Virus record (IMG/VR): IMGVR_UViG_3300025767_000019
Span: 1 to 59,032 of that record
DNA from: a virus
Lineage: Duplodnaviria > Caudoviricetes
Reading direction: 5' to 3' (one strand)
DNA length: 59,032 bases
The notes under the pieces were generated by a model. The model was given only the letters and a program-made list of their open reading frames with translations. It did not search any database and had not been told where the DNA came from. Below, one piece after another: positions 18,199 to 27,374 of this stretch (positions within the stretch are counted from its first letter, which is position 1; each line of letters opens with the position of its first letter). Made by a program: the position numbers and the translations under genes.

Positions 18199-18232
18199 TA
18201 GTAACCTTCAACGACCCCAAAGGAGCAGCAAA

Positions 18233-18529
18233 ATGTCTAAGCTAATGATCTACACTCAGTGTCGTGAAAACTATGGTTCTGCTGAGGAGCCGTATTGGAA
18301 GTTCAAAGGCGGCTGTGAGTATGCTGTGAAGGACGTTGACATCAACATTGACCTGACAACTCTGGTCCAGCGACTGGCTAAGGAAAAGATCGAGATAATG
18401 GATGCAATGTTCGAAGAGTATGTGCTGGATTGGGAAGTAGTCAGCGATGATTTTATCACCGAATATGAGCAGAACCAACTTGACTGGCTGGGCCGAGTAA
18501 ACTACCCCACAACAGTCCTCGAGGCTTGA
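18233..18529 (+). CDS. conserved phage hypothetical protein
   Basis: KL.I.TQ..ENYG....PYWKFKGG..Y; AAGGAG SD. Confidence 0.75.
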   Translation: MSKLMIYTQCRENYGSAEEPYWKFKGGCEYAVKDVDINIDLTTLVQRLAKEKIEIMDAMFEEYVLDWEVVSDDFITEYEQNQLDWLGRVNYPTTVLEA

Positions 18530-18530
18530 G

Positions 18531-18647
18531 ATGAAAGTTGTCCTTGGAGTTGTGCTAATAGGGTTATTAGCTTATGATGATGGAGCTTTGTTTGTAGCAA
18601 TACACAAAGCATTGTTGAGAGTATTTGTTGAAACAATACCACTGTGA
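18531..18647 (+). CDS. 38-aa membrane micropeptide
   Basis: GAGG SD; MKVVLGVVLIGLLAY. Confidence 0.45.
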   Translation: MKVVLGVVLIGLLAYDDGALFVAIHKALLRVFVETIPL

Positions 18648-18659
18648 TAGGAGCTTGAT

Positions 18660-18857
18660 ATGAAAACTGAATTTGAAACAGACCTGGAAAAGTTGACTAC
18701 TCTAACCAAAGAGAAGTACGGCAGCTATGCATATGCAACAGGATACTTGACTACATTGGCGGATGTAATGTATAATAGTCTTTCCTCTCACCAGCGTATG
18801 ATAGTTGCACAGCAAGTACGTCAAACGCTGAGTAAATACGAACCGGCTACTGTTTAA
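18660..18857 (+). CDS. hypothetical protein
   Basis: AGGAG SD; YGSYAYATGYL. Confidence 0.65.
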   Translation: MKTEFETDLEKLTTLTKEKYGSYAYATGYLTTLADVMYNSLSSHQRMIVAQQVRQTLSKYEPATV

Positions 18858-18868
18858 AGGAGTATATT

Positions 18869-19237
18869 ATGTCAATGCATATGATTTATGGGGTGCGAGA
18901 GCCCAAGTCCAAGATTAAGCCCAAGAAGAAACCCGGCTGGCAGCAGCGGGAGGCAGAGTACAATGCCTGGTTGAAGTCGGTGGGTGCTGACGTCACACCA
19001 AAGCGAAAAAATAAACGCGTATACGAGCCTCTGGTCGCTGAGAAGGCGGCTTATGTTCGCGAGACGCCCAAGTACAAGAGTGTGAGTACTGGTGGCCAGC
19101 AGGTTGCTGCTAAACATGAGAATCCTGTATACTCAGGTGATTACATTGTTGGGATTGCTACTATGCACAAGTCCAACATGGTAGCTGTGGGGGCCGAAGA
19201 TTGTCCTAAGAGCTATTCTACCATGCGGAGGTCATAA
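18869..19237 (+). CDS. conserved basic hypothetical protein
   Basis: AAGGAG SD; RETPKY.S...Y.G..I.GIATMHKSN.V.V. Confidence 0.75.
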   Translation: MSMHMIYGVREPKSKIKPKKKPGWQQREAEYNAWLKSVGADVTPKRKNKRVYEPLVAEKAAYVRETPKYKSVSTGGQQVAAKHENPVYSGDYIVGIATMHKSNMVAVGAEDCPKSYSTMRRS

Positions 19238-19629
19238 TGGAAACAAGATCACTAACCATTGAAGTTGACGGTGGAATCGGAACAGATGGTGTATATGGTA
19301 GTGTGTGGATTGGCGACGGAAGTGAGCCTGTAGATGAATTCACAATCTCTTGGGAAGAGATCATCCAGAGGGAGATTGAGTGCTGGTCGCTACCGGCGCG
19401 CGCAGGGCGTGTCAATATTATTCCTTACGAAGATGAGAATGATCTAGATGCCAAATTTGATGTGGTGAAGACTCTCCGGGCCGTAGCTGATGAGATGGAA
19501 GAGCAGTTAATGTCCTGCGAAGCGTTTGATCGTGCAGCATGGATGGAGGCAAATGGGGGAGACTACCTTGGCCCTCGCTCCAAAGAAGAATTTTGTAAAC
19601 CAATGAAGGAGTTTTTTAATGACGCGTGA
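19237..19629 (+). CDS. acidic hypothetical protein
   Basis: TAATG coupling, GGAGG SD. Confidence 0.65.
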   Translation: METRSLTIEVDGGIGTDGVYGSVWIGDGSEPVDEFTISWEEIIQREIECWSLPARAGRVNIIPYEDENDLDAKFDVVKTLRAVADEMEEQLMSCEAFDRAAWMEANGGDYLGPRSKEEFCKPMKEFFNDA

Positions 19630-19858
19630 TGAAATGATTAATGTACTACGTACACAAACTGCTCGAGTAGTGTTTACCAAGATTGATGGTGACACTCGTG
19701 ACATGATGTGTACCCTGGGTGAAGAGTTTATTCCTGAGGATAAGCGTCCCAAGGGTACTGGCCGAGTGCCCCCCGAGTCTGTGATCCGAGCCTATGATGT
19801 CAATAAGCAGGAGTGGCGAGCGTTCCGAGTTGAAAATGTGGTATCCTTTTCCTACTAA
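19619..19858 (+). CDS. WYL_2/SH3-fold (Sm-like) small protein
   Basis: V.FTK.DG..R.M.CTL...YDV.K..WR.FR. Confidence 0.72.
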   Translation: MTRDEMINVLRTQTARVVFTKIDGDTRDMMCTLGEEFIPEDKRPKGTGRVPPESVIRAYDVNKQEWRAFRVENVVSFSY

Positions 19859-19880
19859 ATACTCTTATCAATAGAGGAGG

Positions 19881-20123
19881 ATGTCCATGGAATTTATTTT
19901 AGATCCCGTAACTGCTACGATATTATTTGGTGCCATTACAGTAGGATGTGGATACATCTTGGGTAAATGGAAGGGTGAAGGCAGCAAAGAAGATACGGTC
20001 AATAACACAATTGATTGGCTAATTGAATCTGGTTTTATCAAGGCCGTGGAGGAAGCGGACGGAAGCGTTTCATTAATTCCTCTCAAAGAACAAAGGAAGC
20101 GACGTACTAAGAGTAGCTCTTAA
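19881..20123 (+). CDS. single-TM membrane protein
   Basis: GAGGAGG SD; N-terminal TM, then TID.LI..G.I. Confidence 0.65.
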   Translation: MSMEFILDPVTATILFGAITVGCGYILGKWKGEGSKEDTVNNTIDWLIESGFIKAVEEADGSVSLIPLKEQRKRRTKSSS

Positions 20124-20138
20124 TCTAAGAGGTTTGTT

Positions 20139-20729
20139 ATGGCATTGACTGAAGAACAAAAGAAAACTAGGGCCGAGAAGGCAGCTCAGACTCGTAAGCG
20201 TAAGCTCGAGGCTACTGCTAAGGCAATGGGTATCGATAAAGACCTTAAGCGAAAGAAGGTTCGTCGTGGGCGTACAATGACAGTTGAGCAAAAAGCTGCT
20301 GCCGTGGAACGTTTGCGTAAGGCGAGAGAAGCTAAGGGTCCTTCCAAAAGCAGTCAATACAGTCCGGCAGTTGCAGCGCTGCCGGATACTGATCCACTGT
20401 CCCTAAGCAAAGTGAAGCTTTGGATTAAGAAAGTCCAAGAAGAACTGGAGGCCATGAAGAACTGGGACCGAAGTACAGATGCTAGCCAGCGTTCTAAATA
20501 TCTCGACGCAGAGACGTACCTATATAATATGAAGCAGTATATTACGTACGGCGAGTGGTTAGACTTTAGGTTTGGTGAGAACCGAGAGTTTATTACAGTA
20601 CGGAGATCGTTGGCGCCGGCATATGATATGCAAGGCAATATAAAGCGGAACGTCGGAACCTTTTATGATGACCTTGGTCAAATATGGACCAAAGAAATGG
20701 ATAAACGTGATAGAGAATCAAGAGGGTAG
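20139..20729 (+). CDS. conserved basic protein upstream of gp33
   Basis: K/R-rich N-terminus, ERL.KARE, V..WIK, Y...GEW.D...GE. Confidence 0.72.
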   Translation: MALTEEQKKTRAEKAAQTRKRKLEATAKAMGIDKDLKRKKVRRGRTMTVEQKAAAVERLRKAREAKGPSKSSQYSPAVAALPDTDPLSLSKVKLWIKKVQEELEAMKNWDRSTDASQRSKYLDAETYLYNMKQYITYGEWLDFRFGENREFITVRRSLAPAYDMQGNIKRNVGTFYDDLGQIWTKEMDKRDRESRG

Positions 20730-20946
20730 TTTTTTAACTAAGTCAAAATTTACGGGACTGATTGAAGAGTCAGTTCGTATAAATCGGCATTCATATATGG
20801 ATGCTGTGATCGGAGTGTGCGAGCAACATGGTATCGCTTTGGAGGAGATAAAGAAATTTATCTCGCCGATCATCAAGGATAAGATCGAGGCGGAGGCGCG
20901 TGAGCTCAACTTCCTGCCGAAGACCAATACCTTGCCTATAGAATGA
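20707..20946 (+). CDS. gp33: late promoter transcription co-activator gp33
   Basis: F...IE..V......YMDAV...CE...I.LE...K.ISP..K.KIEAEA.ELN.L; lies upstream of gp32; GTG start inferred. Confidence 0.85.
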   Translation: MIENQEGSFLTKSKFTGLIEESVRINRHSYMDAVIGVCEQHGIALEEIKKFISPIIKDKIEAEARELNFLPKTNTLPIE

Positions 20947-20960
20947 ATACAGAGTATAAT
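20932..20960 (+). promoter_or_regulatory. sigma70-type promoter of gene 32
   Basis: TTGCCT-N17-TATAAT. Confidence 0.65.
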
Positions 20961-20998
20961 ACAATTTTACATACAACCTAAACACATACGGAGAATAT

Positions 20999-21889
20999 AT
21001 GTCTTTTGCAAACTTAAAACGCGGTCGTACCGACGTATCTAAACTAGTCGAAGCTGCTAATGGCAGCGGTGCTACTAACAAACAAAATCCTGGTAAGGAT
21101 GAGCGCTTCTGGCAGCCTACAGTTGATAAAGCTGGTAATGGTTATGCTGTGTTGCGTTTCTTGCCTGGTGATGCTGATGCAGCGACCCCATGGGTCCGCT
21201 ATTGGGATCATGGGTTCAAGGGTCCAACTGGTCAGTGGTACATTGAGAAGTCTTTGAGCTCAATTGGTCAGGCCGATCCTGTAGGCGAAGCTAATGCTTT
21301 GTTGTGGAACTCTGGTATCGAATCCAACAAGTCTATTGTCCGTGAGCGTAAGCGTAACCTGCGTTATGTTGCTAACGTGGTGGTGGTATCTGATCCATCT
21401 AATCCAGCCAACGAAGGACAAGTAAAGCTGTTCCGCTTTGGTAAGAAGATCTTTGATAAGATTATGGATGTAATGCAGCCTCAATTCCCTGACGAGAAAC
21501 CCGTTAATCCATTTGATATGTGGGAAGGTGCTGACTTCGTTCTGAAGATTCGCAACGTCGAGGGTTATCGCAACTACGATAAGTCGGAGTTTAAATCCCC
21601 AGCCGCTATTATGGATGACGATGACCAGCTTGAGGGCCTGTACAACAAGCAGCACGATCTTGCTGAGTGGACGGATCCCAAGAACTTTAAGTCGTACGAC
21701 GAACTGAAGACGCGTCTGGCTGCTGTGTTGGGCGAATCAGCTCCTCGTACAGCAAAGGCTGAAGTTGCCCTGGACGAAGTAGCGGAAGCTCCTTCCATGC
21801 CTACGCGACGGTCTGCTGTAGAGACCAGCGATGCGGCTGGCGAAGATGATACCCTATCATACTTCGCGAAGCTGGCTGCTGAAGATTAA
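20999..21889 (+). CDS. gp32: single-stranded DNA-binding protein gp32
   Basis: DERFW...DKAGNGYAVLRFLP, HGFKGP.G.WYIE, GKKIFDKI, NPFD.W.GADF.LKI, YRNYDKSEF, acidic tail LSYFAKLA. Confidence 0.96.
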   Translation: MSFANLKRGRTDVSKLVEAANGSGATNKQNPGKDERFWQPTVDKAGNGYAVLRFLPGDADAATPWVRYWDHGFKGPTGQWYIEKSLSSIGQADPVGEANALLWNSGIESNKSIVRERKRNLRYVANVVVVSDPSNPANEGQVKLFRFGKKIFDKIMDVMQPQFPDEKPVNPFDMWEGADFVLKIRNVEGYRNYDKSEFKSPAAIMDDDDQLEGLYNKQHDLAEWTDPKNFKSYDELKTRLAAVLGESAPRTAKAEVALDEVAEAPSMPTRRSAVETSDAAGEDDTLSYFAKLAAED

Positions 21890-21890
21890 G

Positions 21891-23660
21891 TTAGTAAATA
21901 ACTGGATCTGAGCTGTTGAGGTCATTGCCGCCAGGCATGACTACATTGACGGGGGCATTGGTAGTATTTGAACTACTGTTGCCTCCGTTTTGTACGACTA
22001 CAGGAGCCGTTGCTCTAGCTCTCTGATCATCCAAAGCCTTACGTCTAGTTTCAACCTCAGCTGTTTGAGCACCTCTATTAGATTGGACTGAGGTTATGGC
22101 AGCAGACGTAGCGCTTGCATTAACAGCCGAACGATTGGTTGCCGCGGCTAAGGTATCATTGAGTCCTAATGTCTTAAATGCAGTAGGCGAGAATTCTTTC
22201 ATAGAATTCAATGCGCCAATCAAAATTTGATTGGGTAAATCTTTTACAAAAGCACCAAACCTAATCCACCCTATTTCAATCTCTTTTAATAGTTTTACCC
22301 AACCATCTTCAAAGAACAAAGAGATACGAGTAGGTAGCTGTGCAAAGAACGTTTTCGTCGAGTTCCACGTGGAGCTCATCCAGTTCATTATATCAGTTGT
22401 CCATCCCGAGACGGTGGTATAGAGATCAAACGGAGGTGCGTCTTCATCTCTCCAACTCAGTTTCTTGGTAATCCAGTCAAATGCTTTGCTGAGAGGTTTC
22501 CAAATAAATGTATTGAGAAATCCATCTTTACCGTATGTACCTGTCCATAGATCAGACAGGGCTTGACCTGGGTCTTCAAATAGTTTTTCAAACCATTTAA
22601 CAGTCTTTTTACCAAAAGCAAACACACCTTCAACTAACTCTTTGATCATCTTGTTGAAGTCAAGTCCATCCAGGAACTTCTCAGCGTTCTTAAATCCGAA
22701 TTTGCCAAGAACCCATGACACGGCGCTCTTGATTAGGTTCATGAACCCACCAAAGAAGTCTCCTAAGAATCCTCCAATACCAGCACCGAGCTTGTCATAT
22801 GTGTCGCCCTTTTTGGATTGATACGACTTGACACCAGCCCAAGCAGAAAAGATAAATCCAATAGGCTTCAATATAGCAAGTACCTTTGCACCAAAGCTCT
22901 TTAGAATGCCACCCATCTTAGTTCCGCCCATACCTCCAAACGATTTCATTAATTTGGTCAACCCACCACCCAGTACATTTGTACCGGCGGTGCCAATGTA
23001 GCGGATAATAGAAATAGGACCGTCAAAGATTGTACGGAGGAATGTACCGAAGCCTTTTAATACCTTAGTAGATACTCCCCCCTTACCAGGAGCAAACGAT
23101 GTCTTTAGGGATTTGCCCAAGTCATCAATGGGTTTGAATATCTTGTTCAGGTCCGCCTTGATACCATCAAGAGCTAGTCGTATCTTACGAATGACATTAA
23201 ACTCTCTACCCTTTGTAAAGCGACCTTTTGAATCTCTTTTTTGAACTTCTTCGATGCCAAGGGCTTTCAAGATACCCGTTGACAGATTCTTTACACCACC
23301 GACAATGTTTGTTTTAAATTTAGTAGCCGTGTCCTTTAGAGACTTGATTGCATCAACTTCCCATCCACGCAGACCTATTCCAGCCAATGACAGCGCACTG
23401 AGGCCGGCCAGCAAGCCAGTGAGCATTGGATATATGCTTGTCGTGGAAGAAGAATTATTTGTACCAGTGGCAGCATCGCGCTTGGTTGACGCGCCGGCGC
23501 TCTTTTTCATTTCACGCTGGTTCTCCAGCTGATCTAACCGCTGACGCTCGAGATACTTGAAGTAACTATTGAGATTCTTATTAGTCTGCTCAGACGTAGA
23601 GTTGTTGACCTTTAGTTGATCAACGACATCGTTAAGGGTTATACTTGCGTTACCAGCCAT
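21891..23660 (-). CDS. tape-measure-like / baseplate hub (gp29-position) protein
   Basis: Long helical G/F/K/W-periodic protein after gp51, with N-rich VV..N..S C-terminus. Confidence 0.65.
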   Translation of the reverse strand: MAGNASITLNDVVDQLKVNNSTSEQTNKNLNSYFKYLERQRLDQLENQREMKKSAGASTKRDAATGTNNSSSTTSIYPMLTGLLAGLSALSLAGIGLRGWEVDAIKSLKDTATKFKTNIVGGVKNLSTGILKALGIEEVQKRDSKGRFTKGREFNVIRKIRLALDGIKADLNKIFKPIDDLGKSLKTSFAPGKGGVSTKVLKGFGTFLRTIFDGPISIIRYIGTAGTNVLGGGLTKLMKSFGGMGGTKMGGILKSFGAKVLAILKPIGFIFSAWAGVKSYQSKKGDTYDKLGAGIGGFLGDFFGGFMNLIKSAVSWVLGKFGFKNAEKFLDGLDFNKMIKELVEGVFAFGKKTVKWFEKLFEDPGQALSDLWTGTYGKDGFLNTFIWKPLSKAFDWITKKLSWRDEDAPPFDLYTTVSGWTTDIMNWMSSTWNSTKTFFAQLPTRISLFFEDGWVKLLKEIEIGWIRFGAFVKDLPNQILIGALNSMKEFSPTAFKTLGLNDTLAAATNRSAVNASATSAAITSVQSNRGAQTAEVETRRKALDDQRARATAPVVVQNGGNSSSNTTNAPVNVVMPGGNDLNSSDPVIY

Positions 23661-23844
23661 TTTTATTCTTTTCTGCTTTAGCTCTGTCTTCTTCTTCTTT
23701 TAAATGCTCGACGAGCATACTTAAATAAACTTCCTTCTCCCAAGGCATCATATTGTCTATCTCAGTCAAACTATATTTATGATGTTGCATCAACTGAAAC
23801 TTAGTTGTGTAATGATTAAATAAATCATCGTGAGATAGACACAC
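23650..23844 (-). CDS. gp51: baseplate hub assembly catalyst gp51
   Basis: F.LMQHHKYSLTEIDNMMPWE.EVY..ML. Confidence 0.85.
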   Translation of the reverse strand: MCLSHDDLFNHYTTKFQLMQHHKYSLTEIDNMMPWEKEVYLSMLVEHLKEEEDRAKAEKNKNGW

Positions 23845-24542
23845 TAGAAAAAACTCTGCATTCCCTCCAGCACCCGGTCATTATGATGATTGCATTTAAC
23901 ACAATCAAACTCTACCTTGTGCTTCAACGAAGGCATGTTATCCATAAAGTCTCTGATCTTGGCAAATTGATTTGTATTCATCGACTCAATAAACGCTTCA
24001 ATCTCTTGATCAGAATAGTCGCCTAGGTCAATTCTGTCATCCGGAGTATGAAGGGCTACCATTGCAATGCGCAACATGGACAACATGTTTTCGGTTGTCG
24101 ACTCCGTGGGCATGGCCATAATACCTTCTAGAGTGGGCCAGCGCATCTCAAGTGTGTAGTCCTCTGTAATAACAATTTTCATGTCAGTACTCTTTACTGG
24201 TATCTTAATTTGATCAACATCGATGTCAATCTCATTTGATTCTTTACACTCGGTACATTCGATACCCACATGCACCACTTCGCCCACCGACTTTGATCTA
24301 ATCTTAGTAAATAGATACTCAATATCAAATGATGTTAACTTACCCTTGTCGATAGGCTCCTCGAGACAAGCAATGATTGTATCACCCACTGCATCGAGAA
24401 TCTGTCTCTCATCCTTGGACTCCATGGCGAGCAATAGGACTTTTTCTTCTTTGACAAGAAATGGCCGAAAGCGAGTCTCTTTGCCAGTTGAAGGGATTGT
24501 AATTCTAAATTTCGGTTCACTATTTAATTGCGGTAAAGACAT
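23844..24542 (-). CDS. gp26: baseplate hub subunit gp26
   Basis: LP....P......PSTG....FRPFLVKEEK.LL.A, DIEY.F..IRSKSVGE, two CxxC pairs, LEG..SFF. Confidence 0.9.
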   Translation of the reverse strand: MSLPQLNSEPKFRITIPSTGKETRFRPFLVKEEKVLLLAMESKDERQILDAVGDTIIACLEEPIDKGKLTSFDIEYLFTKIRSKSVGEVVHVGIECTECKESNEIDIDVDQIKIPVKSTDMKIVITEDYTLEMRWPTLEGIMAMPTESTTENMLSMLRIAMVALHTPDDRIDLGDYSDQEIEAFIESMNTNQFAKIRDFMDNMPSLKHKVEFDCVKCNHHNDRVLEGMQSFF

Positions 24543-24562
24543 GATTTAATTCACTCCATAGT

Positions 24563-25273
24563 TTAAAAAATTCTTGCTGCTATTCCACCTATAACTGATG
24601 CAGCAAGTGTGTCGGTTAAAGTACTACCTTGAGAAAAGTAGGTACCTTCCCAATCATCATAAGATAATTGTATGTTTAATTCTGTGATTCCTGAAAGCTC
24701 GTTGCCTAGGTTAATGGCATTCATTGTTGTGCAGAATGCATTTTTTAATTTAACCTGATAGATCTCATCATCTTTGGTTGCAAAGTCGAGATCAAACTCG
24801 CCTTGAGCAAGATCAAAAGGTCCAATCTTAGGCAATCTATTTTGCAACTCAGGAGGCAATTTAGGAATACCCAATTGAGTAGAATAGATTGGTAAAGAGA
24901 ATCCTTTTTTCAACGCTGAGATGGTAACATCCTTTGCATACTTCTCTTTGTAGCTTACTTCGTATGTAGCTGGGTTGACAGCCAACCCCTGCCAGATCTC
25001 AAAGTACTTCCTGATACCATAGTCATTCATAACATAGAATGTTAAGCTGACATCTTCTACAGCAAAGCCGTACGGTACCTTCACGCTCTTCATTCCTACC
25101 TGACGCTCTTGGGTCATGATCTGACGACCAGGCAGGTTTACATCTTTGCATAGCAAATTAACATCGCGTGACGTTGCTCCGGGCAGGGATGGAAGAGTAA
25201 CCTTGAATAGATTACTTCTAGCAGCTCCTCCCTTGGCTGACATAAGACCTTTGAATTCTTCGATAGAAGCCAC
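24563..25273 (-). CDS. gp54: baseplate tail tube initiator gp54
   Basis: GG.AR.N.F.V, LLC..V.LPG, .LTFY, F..WQ; synteny. Confidence 0.78.
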   Translation of the reverse strand: MASIEEFKGLMSAKGGAARSNLFKVTLPSLPGATSRDVNLLCKDVNLPGRQIMTQERQVGMKSVKVPYGFAVEDVSLTFYVMNDYGIRKYFEIWQGLAVNPATYEVSYKEKYAKDVTISALKKGFSLPIYSTQLGIPKLPPELQNRLPKIGPFDLAQGEFDLDFATKDDEIYQVKLKNAFCTTMNAINLGNELSGITELNIQLSYDDWEGTYFSQGSTLTDTLAASVIGGIAARIF

Positions 25274-25855
25274 TTACATTCTCCTGGAATCAGCATACAC
25301 CTTATTTGCGGATGCTTTCTTAAATACAGCTGTGGGCATAAACGTAGCAATCTCCCACTCGGGCGCCTCTACAATGCCAAACTGACTCCTCACTTGGGTA
25401 TTCAAGTAATGTTTAAAGCAAGGCTTGTAGTGGCTCAATGTAGCAACGCTGCTGAGCAAACTGTATTTTAATTTAAATCTGGTTGTGTCGTCATACGACT
25501 TGTTGTTTGTATAATCAAGCAGCCTATCCAACATCTTAGCACGAAGAAGCGGTGGCAGATAATGCAAGTTCAATCCATAGAACCCACCTTCTGCTGGTCC
25601 CACAACCACCACTAAAGGGAATGTGTCATAATACGGCAACGTGTCTTTTGTCTTAGGATCGTAAAAGAACATACACATCGAGCCTACTATCTGAGAGTTG
25701 CGTCTTTTGATAGCCCCCTCTTTCATAAGAGACTCTCTGTTAATTCGCTTTAGACCAGCTACACGCTTACGGAACCACTCACGCGATTCTTTCGTACGAG
25801 GATTGACCCCAGCTCTAAATGCCTCTAGTTCTAATTTTTGAAAAAGATTACTCAT
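25274..25855 (-). CDS. gp2: DNA end protector gp2
   Basis: F.YDPKTK..LPYYD.FPL, GLNLHYL, PCFKHYL. Confidence 0.92.
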   Translation of the reverse strand: MSNLFQKLELEAFRAGVNPRTKESREWFRKRVAGLKRINRESLMKEGAIKRRNSQIVGSMCMFFYDPKTKDTLPYYDTFPLVVVVGPAEGGFYGLNLHYLPPLLRAKMLDRLLDYTNNKSYDDTTRFKLKYSLLSSVATLSHYKPCFKHYLNTQVRSQFGIVEAPEWEIATFMPTAVFKKASANKVYADSRRM

Positions 25856-25860
25856 GGTAT

Positions 25861-25868
25861 TATTTATA
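25861..25868 (-). promoter_or_regulatory. T4-type late promoter
   Basis: TATAAATA on the minus strand just upstream of gp2. Confidence 0.8.
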
Positions 25869-25875
25869 TGTTATT

Positions 25876-26379
25876 TTAGATCTTTTTCTTTTTCACTCTG
25901 AGGGGCTTCATTTTCTTCATGGGCTTAATTGTCTTTGGAAGATCTTTGGTCATGATACCCATTTGCTTTAACGTATCCTCTGTCCATATCTGAAACTCCC
26001 AACCTCTCTCTCTAGCATATTTGGTCGCGGCTTCCCACTTATTCATGTTCTTCACATATGTCAGAGATTCGGAAATATATCGTCTTGATCTGTCTGGTTT
26101 CTTGGGTGGCTCTGTTTCTTTTGCTGGCTTAATTTCAACCAGTATAGTTTTACCACCTCCCAATACAATTTTAAGATCAACAAAGTATCGGTGGTACTTC
26201 TTGTCAACATCATAGTAATAAGGAACGACAGTTTCCTCACTGGACCATCTAATGACCATTGGGTTATCATCACACCACTTGAAGCAATGTCTCTCCCACA
26301 TCGAGCGATATACAATCTTAGTATAGTCTCCAGAATACTTGTTTAGGTTCTTTGGTACAAACTTGCCTGAATAAGCCAT
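25876..26379 (-). CDS. gp4: head completion nuclease gp4
   Basis: YSGKF.P.N..KY.GD...I.YRS.WE, W.SEE, HRYF.D, EIKP, KW.AA. Confidence 0.94.
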   Translation of the reverse strand: MAYSGKFVPKNLNKYSGDYTKIVYRSMWERHCFKWCDDNPMVIRWSSEETVVPYYYDVDKKYHRYFVDLKIVLGGGKTILVEIKPAKETEPPKKPDRSRRYISESLTYVKNMNKWEAATKYARERGWEFQIWTEDTLKQMGIMTKDLPKTIKPMKKMKPLRVKKKKI

Positions 26380-26389
26380 TGAGTTTCCA

Positions 26390-26397
26390 TATAAATA
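26390..26397 (+). promoter_or_regulatory. T4-type late promoter
   Basis: TATAAATA upstream of gp48. Confidence 0.8.
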
Positions 26398-26432
26398 ATG
26401 TTGTTAACACTCCACTATTTATTAGGACAAAT

Positions 26433-27374
26433 ATGGAATTCAAATTCCCACTCGCGCGCGAGACAGATTACAAGGCTACCATATCGTTTAGAGCGATCAT
26501 TGAAGAGCCGTTGGACCAACAAGCGATTGCTGCCATTAACCAATCGGCCGAGCAAGCTCGACAGGCAGGTGAGCGAGCAAAAGAGAGTGGTAACCCAACT
26601 CCCACCGCTGCTGAGATGGGAGAGTTTAACGGATGGAATGATGGCAGATCCACTTTCTCGCGCCAGGTACCTGGAGGCAATAGTCCGGACTTCGTTACTT
26701 TATACCTTCCACAAGCAATTCAATTTAGAGATGGTGCTCAGTATGACAACGTTGATCTGGGAGCACCGGGGGGTGTGGCTGAAGCTGCAATACAAGGCGG
26801 ATCTGGTTTGGCAAGTGCAGCCATGAAGGGATTGGCTAGTGAAGGTGGCTCTTTAATTGATGCCTTTAAGAGCGGCGTTAATTCCGGTGCAGGTGGATTA
26901 GCTGCTGTTCGAGCGTCACGATACTTTGGCGATACCGCCCAGAACGTAGTTAAGTCTGCTGTTAGAGTGACAACCAACCCCAACACACGATCACTGTTTA
27001 AGTCAGTCGCCATGAGAGAGTTTTCATTTCAATTTAGGCTGATACCTGAGACTCGTAAAGAGACTGAGTCTATTAAGAATATTGTCAAGTGGTTCCGCAC
27101 AGAGTTGTATCCCGAGTCTATCCCTGTGGCTCAAGGAGGTCCTTCAATAGGATATAGATTCCCAAACAAGATGGATATTACCATGATGTATGGTGGCCGG
27201 CCCATTCCCATGACCAAGATCTTACCAGCGTACCTCCGAGACATTACAATTACATACAACGGCAATGGCATGTCGTTTTATGAAGGTGGAGAGTTCACAT
27301 CTGTCGATCTCTCACTATCCTTCATGGAAACCAGACCACTCACCAAAGCAGAAGTTAAGACAGGTGTATACTAA
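26433..27374 (+). CDS. gp48: baseplate tail tube cap gp48
   Basis: LYLP.......Y....LG, NP....LF..V..R.FSF.F.L.P....E...I..I...FR, L.L.F.E. Confidence 0.82.
   Translation: MEFKFPLARETDYKATISFRAIIEEPLDQQAIAAINQSAEQARQAGERAKESGNPTPTAAEMGEFNGWNDGRSTFSRQVPGGNSPDFVTLYLPQAIQFRDGAQYDNVDLGAPGGVAEAAIQGGSGLASAAMKGLASEGGSLIDAFKSGVNSGAGGLAAVRASRYFGDTAQNVVKSAVRVTTNPNTRSLFKSVAMREFSFQFRLIPETRKETESIKNIVKWFRTELYPESIPVAQGGPSIGYRFPNKMDITMMYGGRPIPMTKILPAYLRDITITYNGNGMSFYEGGEFTSVDLSLSFMETRPLTKAEVKTGVY

Noticed and set aside
18747-18776. TTGACT-N18-TATAAT inside ORF 18660-18857
   Set aside because: Plausible internal promoter, but intragenic, 18-bp spacer and lacking the cassette consensus; not supported well enough to list
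26352-26432. Upstream-extended starts in the ORF track (26352, 351, 10516, 12510, 14896, 16182, 20665, 45924, 50980)
   Set aside because: They overlap upstream genes or promoters; downstream starts with SD or stop-start coupling fit better
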